The notes under the pieces: model-generated
Databases searched by the model: none
The model's input: the letters and a program-made list of their open reading frames with translations, nothing else
What the model was told of the DNA's origin: nothing
Program-made: the position numbers and the translations under genes
Shown here: positions 10,865 through 19,649 of the stretch, piece by piece
Position numbering within the stretch: the stretch's first letter is position 1
Layout of the letters: each line of letters begins with the position of its first letter
Source: Planctomycetota bacterium
GTDB taxonomy: Bacteria; Planctomycetota; Planctomycetia; Gemmatales; Gemmataceae
Direction: 5' to 3'
Length of the DNA: 48,977 nucleotides
Assembly (NCBI GenBank): GCA_016873095.1
Contig: VGYC01000030.1
Location: forward strand, 1 to 48,977

Positions 10865-13088
10865 GATGAAGTCGCGCAGAGGCGGCCTTTTCGGGAGGAT
10901 GCCGGTGTCGGGATTGCTCTGGAGCGGGATTTTTTACGATGAGCTGGGCGGAAACACCGTGCTGCGGGCCATGCCGCTCATGCTCGCGGTCTTGCTGGTG
11001 CTGGCCATCGCCTATCGCTATTACAGCGCCTTCCTGGCGGCGAAGGTGGCGGCGCTCGACGATTCCCGGCCGACGCCCGCCCACACGCTGCACGACGGCC
11101 AGAACTATCATCCCACCAACAAGTGGGTGCTGTTCGGGCATCACTTCGCGGCCATCTCCGGGGCGGGGCCGCTCATCGGGCCGGTGCTGGCCATCCAGTA
11201 TGGCTACATGCCTGGGCTCTTGTGGCTGCTGATTGGCGTCTGCCTGGCTGGGGCGGTCCAGGACATGCTCGTGCTGGCGGCGTCGGTGCGGCGCAACGGC
11301 ATGTCGCTGGCCGAGATTGCCCGCCGCGAGCTGGGGTCGTGGGCCGGAGGCGTCGTCTCGGCAGCCATCCTGTTCATCGTCGTCATCGCCCTTGCCGGCC
11401 TCGGCTTCGTCGTCGTCAAGGCGCTCGGCGGCGAGGAAGTTGGCTTCGCCAAGGGCACGCAGATTCTCTTGCCCAGAGGCGAACCGCGCTTGCTCTCGCA
11501 TGATGATGAACGCAAGGTCTACCAGTTTCCCGAAGGCTGCCAGATCATGTACCCGCAGGGCGGCCCGCCGGCACCGCGGCCGGAGGCATTTCGCATGTCC
11601 GTCCCGGCAAAGGAGTCGCTGACTCCCACTATCAGGCTGGTGACGCTGCCCGCCGGTACGGTGCTGCTCGTTCCCGGCAGTTCCTGGGGGACGTTCACCA
11701 TCGCCTGTACGATTCCCATCGCGCTGTTCGTTGGGCTGTACATGTACCGCCTGCGCAAGGGCAAGGTGGTGGAAGCGTCGATCATCGGCGCCGTGGGCGT
11801 GCTCGCCGCCACGGTGGCCGGCAACTGGATTCCCGGCTCGCCGCTCGAGGGCTTTTTCTCGCTCGACCGCAAGGAGACCGTGCTGGCCATCACCGGCTAC
11901 GGCTTCATCGCCAGCGTGCTGCCCGTCTGGCTGCTGCTCTGCCCGCGCGATTACCTGTCCAGCTTCCTCAAGATCGGCACCATCGCGATCCTGGTCGTCG
12001 GCGTGGTAGTCGCCAATCCGCTGCTGCGCAGTCCAATGGTGAACCCGGTCTTCTCCGGCGGCGGACCGACGTTTCCGTGGGGCGGCATCTTCCCGTTCAT
12101 GTTCATCTGCATCATGTGCGGAGCGGTATCGGGCTTCCATGCCCTGGTCTCGTCGGGCACGACGCCCAAGATGATCGACAAGGAGAGCCATATCCGGCCC
12201 ATCGGCTACGGGGCGATGCTCATCGAGGGGCTGGTCGGCGTGGTCGCCCTGATCGCGGCGGCATCGCTCGATCCCAAGCTCTACTTCGACATCAACGTCG
12301 ACCAGAACCGCGTCGGCGACTATCAGCAGAAGCTCGACCGGCTCTACGAACTGCTCGGCGAGAAGGACCTGGCGCACCTGGACCTTGCCCAGATTGAGAA
12401 GGACGTGGGCAACGAGACGCTGCGTGGCCGGACTGGCGGCGCCGTGACGCTGGCCGTCGGCATGTCGCTCATCCTCACCAAGCCGCTCAACGAGCTGGGG
12501 CTGCCCTTCAGTGACGTGATGAAGTACTGGTACCACTTCGCCATCATGTTCGAGGCGCTGTTCATCCTCACGACCATCGACACCGGCACGCGCATCGCGA
12601 GGTTCCTGTTGCAGGAGGCGATGGGCAAGCTACATCCAAAGTTCGGCCAGACCGACTGGATGCCGAGCGCCGTGCTGGCCACCGGCATCGTGACGGTCGG
12701 CTGGGGCGCTCTCGTCTGGAACGGGTCCATCGATACGATCTGGCCGATGTTCGGCATAGCCAATCAGCTGCTGGCCGTGGTGGCGCTGGCGCTGGTGACG
12801 ACGATCCTGGTCAACAGCGGCCGCGGGAGATACGCGCCGGTCACGCTGCTGCCGATGCTGTTCGTGACCATGACGACGATGACGGCGGCGTCGCAGATGC
12901 TGCCGCAGTTCATCCGCTTCACGCGCGACGGCGTGTGGAGCCCGGTCAAGGGAACGCTCAACATCGCGCTGACGGTGTTCGTCGTCGCCTGCGTGGCGGC
13001 GCTGCTACTGATCGCGGCCAGCCGCTGGGTGGCGGCGGCAATGGGGAAAGTTCCGGATCGGGGCGAGGGACCGGAGCCGGGCAGGTAA
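10865..13088 (+). CDS. cstA: carbon starvation protein A (peptide/pyruvate transporter family)
   Basis: The AYRYYSAFLAAKV and NKWVLFGHHFAAISGAGPLIGP motifs and many TM helices. The long upstream in-frame extension (9987-) is rejected. Contains an insertion of about 60 aa (LSHDDERKVYQFPEGCQ...) relative to the canonical CstA I recall. Confidence 0.85.
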
Positions 13089-13099
13089 TCCATGGGTGT

Positions 13100-13127
13100 G
13101 CCATGCTCACGGCTTTGCGTGAGCATG
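13100..13127. repeat. hairpin copy 1 (CCATGCTCACG-6nt-CGTGAGCATGG)
   Basis: Perfect 11-bp inverted repeat 12 nt after the cstA stop. Confidence 0.7.
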
Positions 13128-13189
13128 GTTGGGGCACGCGGTTGCAACGTCTCAAGCTCAACGGCAAGCGCATCGACCTCAGCGGTTCG

Positions 13190-13217
13190 CCATGCTCACG
13201 CAATGCCGTGAGCATGG
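13190..13217. repeat. hairpin copy 2 (GCCATGCTCACG-6nt-CGTGAGCATGGC)
   Basis: Same stem as copy 1, about 90 bp further downstream. Confidence 0.7.
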
Positions 13218-13388
13218 CACACAGCATCTGGCCGTTTGGAGAGCTTATTCATTGCGTTGCCACCCCCCTCTCTGCACCCAGGCAACGAATCCAGATGGGG
13301 GATCTGGTGTCGCAAGCGAAATGCAGTGCACGACTTATGGCGAATGCATTGAAGGCCGATTCATTGCCCGTGGTACCGGAGACTTGCC

Positions 13389-13775
13389 ATGTCGATTCAG
13401 GTTCAGAGCCTTTCCGTGGTGCTGTTGTTGACGGTGGACACCGATCGCCTGGCGGAGTTCTATCGCGACGTGCTCGGCATACCGCTTGAAGCCGAGGAGC
13501 ATGACGGGCGGCACAGGCACTATGCGTGTCCGCTGGGGGCTATCTACTTCACGATTCAGCGCGCCGCCGATCTGGGAGCGCCGACACCGGAGCGCGGTTA
13601 TGACTTCCTGCAGCTGTGTTTCACGGTGGCCGACCTGGACGCGTTCATGCGGCATCTGCAAGATCGCCGGGTAACGCCACTGCATCCACCCATGCCGTTC
13701 GAGCACACGCGTTTCACCACGCTTCTGGATCCCGACGGGCGGCACGTCCGCGTCATGACGCCATGGCATGCGTGA
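13389..13775 (+). CDS. VOC/glyoxalase-bleomycin-resistance family protein
   Basis: Small, about 128 aa. Overall pattern typical of the glyoxalase fold (LTVDTDRLAEFYRDVLG...). Confidence 0.55.
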   Translation: MSIQVQSLSVVLLLTVDTDRLAEFYRDVLGIPLEAEEHDGRHRHYACPLGAIYFTIQRAADLGAPTPERGYDFLQLCFTVADLDAFMRHLQDRRVTPLHPPMPFEHTRFTTLLDPDGRHVRVMTPWHA

Positions 13776-13789
13776 CCGCCGGCTATCGC

Positions 13790-14536
13790 TCAGTCGTGCC
13801 TGTCGGCTCCCATCCTCACGAATGGCCTCAATCCGTCGAGTGTCTTGGGGCCGATGCCCTTGACGCGGCGGAGATCGTTGACCGTGGCGAATGGCTGCTT
13901 GTCGCGTTCCTCGATGATGCGCTGGGCCAGCTTCGGGCCGATGCGCGGCAAGCGCTGCAACTGGGCGGCATCGGCCTCGTTGACGTCGATCGTCTTGCCG
14001 GCCAGGGCGGCCTCCTTCTTGCCGCCGCTGGAACGCCCGGCTGCGGCCGACCTTGACTTCACCGGCGCGAACCGCGGCGCCTCGTCGCGCGACGCCTCAT
14101 CCAGCTCGGCGCAGAGCCACGGGCGGATTCGCGCAAGCGTCTTGTCGCCGATGCCGCTGACATGGCGGAGATCGGCGACGGTCCGGAACGGGCCCGCCTC
14201 CCGGCGCGTGTCGACGATCCGCCTGGCAAGCTCCGGCCCGATGCCGGGCACCTGCATCAACTCCGCCGGACGGGCACGATTGACGTCGAGCCTGTAGATG
14301 GGCCCGTCTTCCGTGACCAGCTGCGTGTCGCGGGTTGCGTGGCCGGTGTTCGCCAGGGCATGGTACGCGAGCAGGATGAGAGCGCCGGCCAGCAAGACGG
14401 CCGCTGCCCACTGCGCCGACCTGGGCCAGGATGGGAGCACCTTCTGTGGCGGCGGCACGACGGCAGCGCCGCTCGACGGAGCAGCCGTCGAATCGGGCAC
14501 GGCGTCCAGCGGCGTCTCGGAAGCGGCAAGCTGCAT
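13790..14536 (-). CDS. ComEA-like protein with two tandem helix-hairpin-helix domains and an N-terminal membrane anchor
   Basis: Two copies of the ...QVPGIGPELARRI... / ...LPRIGPKLAQRIIEER... HhH motif followed by GIGxKTL. Start at MQLAASE, with AAGGA 9 nt upstream. Confidence 0.75.
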   Translation of the reverse strand: MQLAASETPLDAVPDSTAAPSSGAAVVPPPQKVLPSWPRSAQWAAAVLLAGALILLAYHALANTGHATRDTQLVTEDGPIYRLDVNRARPAELMQVPGIGPELARRIVDTRREAGPFRTVADLRHVSGIGDKTLARIRPWLCAELDEASRDEAPRFAPVKSRSAAAGRSSGGKKEAALAGKTIDVNEADAAQLQRLPRIGPKLAQRIIEERDKQPFATVNDLRRVKGIGPKTLDGLRPFVRMGADRHD

Positions 14537-14686
14537 CGTTTCAGTCCTTTGAGGCCGATGCCATTGTCGCATGCCGGCGCTGGGAATCAACAAAAAAACC
14601 GTCATGTCATTGCGTCGTTGCAGCGCGGGGGATAAGATCGCCTTTCGTGCTTGGCCAACACTCGATTGTCACTCCGCTGCGCTACC

Positions 14687-15814
14687 ATGAAACATCATCC
14701 AGCCGCGATCATGTGCTTGCTCGTGCTTGTTCTCCCCGGCCCGACCCCGGCGTCGCGCGGGCAGGCCGATCCGCCCACGCGTTGCGAGAACGTCATTGTC
14801 GTCACGCTTGATGGGTTTCGCTGGCAAGAGTTCTTCACAGGGGCCGATGAATCGCTCATGGACGGCAAGGCCGGCGGCGTGCGTGACGTGGCCGGTCTGA
14901 AACGTCGCTACTGGCGCGCCAAGACCGAAGAACGCCGCGCGACCCTGTTGCCTTTCTTCTGGCAGACCGTCGCCAGGCAGGGGCAGATCTTCGGCGATCC
15001 GGCGCGCAAGGCGGCCGCCAGGCTCACCAACGGCTTCAAGTTCTCCTATCCCGGCTACAGTGAAATCTTCTGCGGTTTCGGCGACAAGCGTATCGACTCC
15101 AACGCCAAGAAACTCAATCCCAACCTTTCCGTGCTGGAATTCCTCAATGGCAAGGAGGCGTTCAAGGGGCGCGTGGCCGCCTTCTGCACCTGGGACGTGT
15201 TTCCGTACATCCTGCGTTCGAGCAGCAACGGCATGCTGGTGCAGTCGGCCTGGACGCCTCTCGCCGACAAGCCGCTCAGCGAACGGCAACGCCGCATCAA
15301 TGATACGATGGCCAATCTGCCGCGCTACTGGCCGGACAATGTTTATGACGTGATCACGATGGACGCCACCCGGGAACACTTGCGCCGGCACAAGCCGCGC
15401 GTGCTCTACGTCGGTCTGGGTGAAACGGACGAGTGGGGCCACGGCCGGCGCTACGACCTGTATCTCGATGCGGCCCACAATGCCGACCGCTTTCTCGGCG
15501 AACTCTGGCAAGCGCTGCAGCAAATGCCAGAGTACAAGGACAAGACCGCGCTGCTGGTCACGACTGATCACGGCCGAGGACCGACGCGCGTTGACTGGAC
15601 CGATCACGGCGCCAAGGTGCCGGGCGCGGAATTCATCTGGATTGCGGTCATGGGGCCAAACGTCTCCGCCAAGGGCGTCCGTGAGAATGTCGAGGCGACA
15701 CAGTCCCAGGTGGCGGCAACCATCGCCAGCCTCGTCGGCGAGGACTTTTCAACTGCCAGCCCCAAGGCGGCGCCGCCGCTTCCAGGACTCGTCGCCAAGC
15801 CAGCCCGAGAATAG
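14687..15814 (+). CDS. alkaline-phosphatase-superfamily metalloenzyme (type I phosphodiesterase/nucleotide pyrophosphatase-like), secreted
   Basis: Signal peptide MKHHPAAIMCLLVLVLPG. VIVVTLDGFRW metal-site motif and TTDHGRG near the C-terminal metal site. Confidence 0.65.
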   Translation: MKHHPAAIMCLLVLVLPGPTPASRGQADPPTRCENVIVVTLDGFRWQEFFTGADESLMDGKAGGVRDVAGLKRRYWRAKTEERRATLLPFFWQTVARQGQIFGDPARKAAARLTNGFKFSYPGYSEIFCGFGDKRIDSNAKKLNPNLSVLEFLNGKEAFKGRVAAFCTWDVFPYILRSSSNGMLVQSAWTPLADKPLSERQRRINDTMANLPRYWPDNVYDVITMDATREHLRRHKPRVLYVGLGETDEWGHGRRYDLYLDAAHNADRFLGELWQALQQMPEYKDKTALLVTTDHGRGPTRVDWTDHGAKVPGAEFIWIAVMGPNVSAKGVRENVEATQSQVAATIASLVGEDFSTASPKAAPPLPGLVAKPARE

Positions 15815-15831
15815 GAGCGTCTGGAAAAAAA

Positions 15832-15890
15832 ACGAGCCGCGCTTGCTTTCAGCAGGTCTGTTTCCTGCTGGTTGCACCTTGCGCGGCTCG
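15832..15890. terminator. nested GC-rich hairpin between convergent genes; the A8 run on + gives a T-run for the minus-strand gene
   Basis: Outer stem CGAGCCGCGC/GCGCGGCTCG encloses CAGCAGG-tctgttt-CCTGCTG. aaaaaaaa at 15825-15832 is a U-tract when read on the minus strand. Confidence 0.6.
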
Positions 15891-15919
15891 CCTGGACTGT
15901 CTCAATGATGTCTGCTACG

Positions 15920-16810
15920 TCATTCCCGTCGCGTGAAGCGAGCGGTCGCCTCGCGGTTTAGTCTGGACGCTTCCCCAACGGCTACGGCCGCTTGGCGGCT
16001 GGCCGGTTGCACCGGAGCGGCGGAAGTGTCCACGTCGGCCTTGGACTTCTTGTCCTGCTTGCCCTTGTCTTTTCCTTTATCCTTGCCCTTGCCCGAAGGC
16101 GCCTTGAACTTCTTGGTGGCTTCCTCGAGCTTCTTGTATTGCTCGGCGGTGAGGATGCCCTTGAGTCCCTTGCGCATGTCTGCACGGCTGGCTTCCAGGG
16201 CTTTCTTCACAGCGGCGGCCTCGGTCTTGCGCAATTCCGCAATCTTCTTCGTTTGCTCCTCGGTGAGCTTCAAGCTCTTGAGTAGTCCGTCGCGGCCACC
16301 CATGGCGAAGGCGCCCTTGCCGCCAAATCCCTTGCCGGCGAAGCCCCTGCCGGCGAAGCCCCTGCCGCGTCCGCCGAAACCGGGCCGCGCCATCCCGAAG
16401 CGAGCACCCCGGCTGGGCCGGCCCCAACCACGGCCGCCACGATGGCCGCGGTGTGCATGCCGGCCGAAACCGCGCCCGCCACGTCCCCAGGCATGCCGGC
16501 CGCGATGGCCATGATAGCCACGGCTGGCGTACCGACCCCGGTGGCCACGCGGCCCGGCGGCGTAGCGCCCGCGATGATGTCGTCCCCGCTTGGCGAAGCC
16601 GCCTCGCGGCCCACCGAAGCCTCGACCCCAGCCACCGCGGCCCTTGTCGCCGTGTTTGCCTTTGGCCTTCATCTTGTCCGCTGCTTTGCCTTTTCCACCC
16701 GGCTTGCCCTTGCCGGGGGGCTGGGCCAGTGCTGCCGACCCGATCAACCCCACCAATCCCAGCGTCAACAGTCCCATTCCCAGCTTGCGCAGAAGCATCT
16801 TCATCTCCAA
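15920..16810 (-). CDS. secreted Gly/Arg/His-rich low-complexity protein with a C-terminal LTxxQ (Spy/CpxP-like) motif pair
   Basis: Signal peptide, long GRGxGRG/HRGH repeats, then LKLTEEQTKKIAELRK and ILTAEQYKKLEE (LTXXQ motifs). The DNA carries tandem about 18-bp repeats near 16290-16400. Confidence 0.6.
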   Translation of the reverse strand: MEMKMLLRKLGMGLLTLGLVGLIGSAALAQPPGKGKPGGKGKAADKMKAKGKHGDKGRGGWGRGFGGPRGGFAKRGRHHRGRYAAGPRGHRGRYASRGYHGHRGRHAWGRGGRGFGRHAHRGHRGGRGWGRPSRGARFGMARPGFGGRGRGFAGRGFAGKGFGGKGAFAMGGRDGLLKSLKLTEEQTKKIAELRKTEAAAVKKALEASRADMRKGLKGILTAEQYKKLEEATKKFKAPSGKGKDKGKDKGKQDKKSKADVDTSAAPVQPASRQAAVAVGEASRLNREATARFTRRE

Positions 16811-17060
16811 AAAAGGTCACAACCGAATCCGTCGCTATCTCTATTAACGGCGTCGGCAATTCTCCGTAGACAGCCTGGCGTGGCTTTTTTTTGATGGATT
16901 CGCTATGTTCGCCTTAACCTGAACCCTGATAGCATGTTGCTGAGCCGCGCGGCGGAGGGGCGAATGGGACATACGTCCGGATGGATCCTGCTGTGGTTGG
17001 AGCTGTTACATCGTCGCCACGGTTTGCCCGGCGATCGACGTTGGGATCCATGGTCTGGAC

Positions 17061-17426
17061 ATGTATAGCCGGCACTACAAGCTCGGAAGCCAGTGCCTGG
17101 TCGACACGTTCTACCCGATAAATTACCTGGAAGCACCGCTCCTGATTCTCTATGCACCTGTCAATCTCATGATGTTGCTCAGCGGGATCCTGGTTGGCGT
17201 CGCACGAAGCACCCGCCATGTGTGCGGCTGGCTTTTCCTGGCGTGCTTTACTGTCACTCTGACGGTTCCCTGGTGCGCCGCGGACCTCAAGGTACGGTAC
17301 GGCTGTGTGCTCTGGAGCTTGTCGTTTCTGCAGCTGGGCATCGGCTGTCTGCTGTTGCCGGCGGAAGGGCTGCGGAGGAAAGTTGCTCGAGCGCGGTCCT
17401 ATCGGGGCGCGCAGACTGTTGCATAG
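17061..17426 (+). CDS. hypothetical small membrane protein immediately upstream of the ECF sigma gene
   Basis: High GC3 in this frame, 3 hydrophobic segments. Its stop abuts the sigma start at 17428. Confidence 0.35.
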   Translation: MYSRHYKLGSQCLVDTFYPINYLEAPLLILYAPVNLMMLLSGILVGVARSTRHVCGWLFLACFTVTLTVPWCAADLKVRYGCVLWSLSFLQLGIGCLLLPAEGLRRKVARARSYRGAQTVA

Positions 17427-17427
17427 A

Positions 17428-18093
17428 ATGATCAATGACGAGAGCCTGGCAGTGATCATGACAAGCGAATCGGGCGAATTGGGCGATCTGGTGGAGCGCC
17501 TCGGCCGCGGCGACCCGGGGGCGCTTGCCGATTTGTTTCAGCGATTCTCCGGCCCACTGCGACGAATGGTCGCCTATCGGCTGGACGCACGGCTCAACGG
17601 GCGGCTGTCCGCCTCCGATATCCTTCAAGAGGCATACATCGACGCGCTCAAACGCGTTCCGCACTTTCGGCCGGACATGCCGGTCGGCGCCTGGCTGCGC
17701 TGGATAGTCAATCAACGGCTGATCGACGCCCACCGCCAGCATCTGGGAGCCCAGATCCGCAGCGTGGCCCAGGAGATGTCCATTCATCCCATCGCGTTGC
17801 CATCGACCAGCGGCCCGCGCCTGGCCGATCACCTGATCGGACCGATGACCTCTCCAAGCCAGGCGGCCATGCGCAACGAGTTCGTCGGTCATATGGACGC
17901 GGCCCTGCGCTGCCTGGAACCGCTCGACCGCGAGGTGCTGGCCCTGCGCCACCTTGAAGAACTCAGCAACAACGAGGTTGCCGATTTTCTCGGCATTCAC
18001 AAGGCTGCTGCCAGCAAGCGCTACGTCCGTGCCCTGCAGCGTCTCAAGGAAGCGCTCACGCAGTTCCCGGGATTTGTGGACGATGCGGAATGA
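17428..18093 (+). CDS. ECF-type RNA polymerase sigma-70 factor
   Basis: Region 2 (DILQEAYIDALKRVPHF..WLRWIVNQRLID) and region 4 (LDREVLALRHLEELSNNEVADFLGIHKAAASKRYVRALQRLKE). Confidence 0.8.
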   Translation: MINDESLAVIMTSESGELGDLVERLGRGDPGALADLFQRFSGPLRRMVAYRLDARLNGRLSASDILQEAYIDALKRVPHFRPDMPVGAWLRWIVNQRLIDAHRQHLGAQIRSVAQEMSIHPIALPSTSGPRLADHLIGPMTSPSQAAMRNEFVGHMDAALRCLEPLDREVLALRHLEELSNNEVADFLGIHKAAASKRYVRALQRLKEALTQFPGFVDDAE

Positions 18094-18209
18094 GCCGCAT
18101 CGCGAGTTTGCGGCCCCCATTGAACTACGACGGCGCGGCGGCTAAAATTGCGGAGCTTGGCGCAAACGCGACAATCACCCAGCGGACGCCTGGTTCAAGG
18201 AGTTGATAC

Positions 18210-18548
18210 GTGCAAGTCAAGATCACTGCCCGCCATGGACATCTGAGCGAGCCCGCGCAGCAATTCATTCGCGACAAGGCTGAAAAGCTGCTGCATTACT
18301 TTCAACGACTCATGATGATTGAGGTCATCGTCGATCAGAAAGAGGAAGAATTTGTCGTCGAGTTCCTGGTGTCGGCGGAGCACAAGCACGACTTCGTGGC
18401 CACGGAACGGCACAAGGAACTGCTGGCCGCTGTCGATCTCGTGCTCGACAAGCTCGAAGGCCAGGTACGCCGCTACAAGGAAAAGATTCAGGACCATCGC
18501 CGGCGAACTCCGATGAGCGGCGAGCCGGACAAGGCGGAACTCGGGTAG
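18210..18548 (+). CDS. hpf: ribosome hibernation promoting factor / sigma-54 modulation protein family
   Basis: MQVKITARHGHLSEPAQQFIRDKAEKL... is typical of RaiA/HPF. GTG start with AAGGAG 8 nt upstream. Confidence 0.85.
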   Translation: MQVKITARHGHLSEPAQQFIRDKAEKLLHYFQRLMMIEVIVDQKEEEFVVEFLVSAEHKHDFVATERHKELLAAVDLVLDKLEGQVRRYKEKIQDHRRRTPMSGEPDKAELG

Positions 18549-18643
18549 CGGAATTCGCAGCAGGTTCGACCCGTCCGAATGTACGTGAGGGACTCTCACG
18601 AGTTCGGCTACCGGCGGAAGTCAAAGGGAAAGAGAGAGCGGTC

Positions 18644-19108
18644 ATGCGCATGTCCGATTTTGTCGTCCGCGAAGCCATCTGTGCCGATCTCAAGGCCGGC
18701 ACCAAGGAAGGCGTGATTCGCGAGATGGTTGAGTGCTTGCGGGCGGCTGGCTATTTCAAGACAGGTGAGCCGGAAGACATTGTCAAGGCGATCCTCAAGC
18801 GTGAATTGCTGGGCTCGACCGGCATTGGCCGCGGCGTCGCCATCCCGCACACCAAGCACATGAGCGTGGACCGGCTCATCGGCACAGTGGCCGTATCGCG
18901 CGGCGGCGTCCCTTTCGAGAGTCTCGACGGCGAACCGGTGCACGTGTTCGTCATGCTGGTGTCGCCGCAGGATCGGCCCGGCGATCACCTCCGCGCCCTG
19001 GAAAATGTCTCCCGAAGCCTCCGCGACGACAGTTTCGTCCGCTCGCTTCGACAGGCTCCCAGCAAGGAATCCATTTGGGGCATGCTCGATGACCACGAGC
19101 AGACTTAG
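18644..19108 (+). CDS. ptsN: PTS EIIA-Ntr (nitrogen regulatory IIA)
   Basis: EIIA-fructose/Ntr fold with active-site motif GRGVAIPHTKH. Confidence 0.8.
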   Translation: MRMSDFVVREAICADLKAGTKEGVIREMVECLRAAGYFKTGEPEDIVKAILKRELLGSTGIGRGVAIPHTKHMSVDRLIGTVAVSRGGVPFESLDGEPVHVFVMLVSPQDRPGDHLRALENVSRSLRDDSFVRSLRQAPSKESIWGMLDDHEQT

Positions 19109-19202
19109 GCATTGGTCTCAAGCTGCCAGCTGTGTGCGGAGCCCAAGTGAACATGCTGGCATGGCGTTACGAGGAGTCCATAGCGAAACGGCGAGCCAGG
19201 CC

Positions 19203-19487
19203 ATGAACGGCACCCCCCTTCGAACAACCGTGGTCATCAGCAATCCGCAGGGATTGCACATGCGGCCGATCACGGCGTTTGTGGAAAGGGCCGGCAAGTT
19301 TCGCAGCGCCGTCTACCTCAGCAAGCAAGAGGGACAGCGCATCAACGCCAAGAGTCCGCTCGCGCTCCTTGGCCTGGCCGCTGAACAGGGCACGGAGTTG
19401 ATTCTGGAGGTTTCCGGGCCGGACGAACAAAAGGCTCTCGAAGCGCTGGCCGAGTTTCTGGCAAGTTACAAGACTGACGAGGACTGA
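19203..19487 (+). CDS. ptsH: HPr-family phosphocarrier protein (NPr/HPr)
   Basis: GLHMRPITAFV, with His in the canonical phospho-acceptor position. The N-terminal ORF extension from 19005 is rejected. Confidence 0.8.
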   Translation: MNGTPLRTTVVISNPQGLHMRPITAFVERAGKFRSAVYLSKQEGQRINAKSPLALLGLAAEQGTELILEVSGPDEQKALEALAEFLASYKTDED

Positions 19488-19649
19488 ACCTCCAGCCCCC
19501 TGAAGAAGACCCGAAACGAATTGTGATTGTGTTCCGCGCCAATCGTCATGGCTCGCACCTCGCAGTTGTCTCGGATTGGCGAATGCCTGCTTCGGACTTC
19601 GAGATTCGTATCTCCGTGTCGGCATCAAGAGTCGGATGCTCTCGAATCA

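Noticed and set aside
16270-16420. Tandem 18-bp repeats considered as a CRISPR-like or minisatellite element
   Set aside because: No spacer/repeat alternation. They lie inside a coding region and translate to a regular GFAGRG protein repeat.
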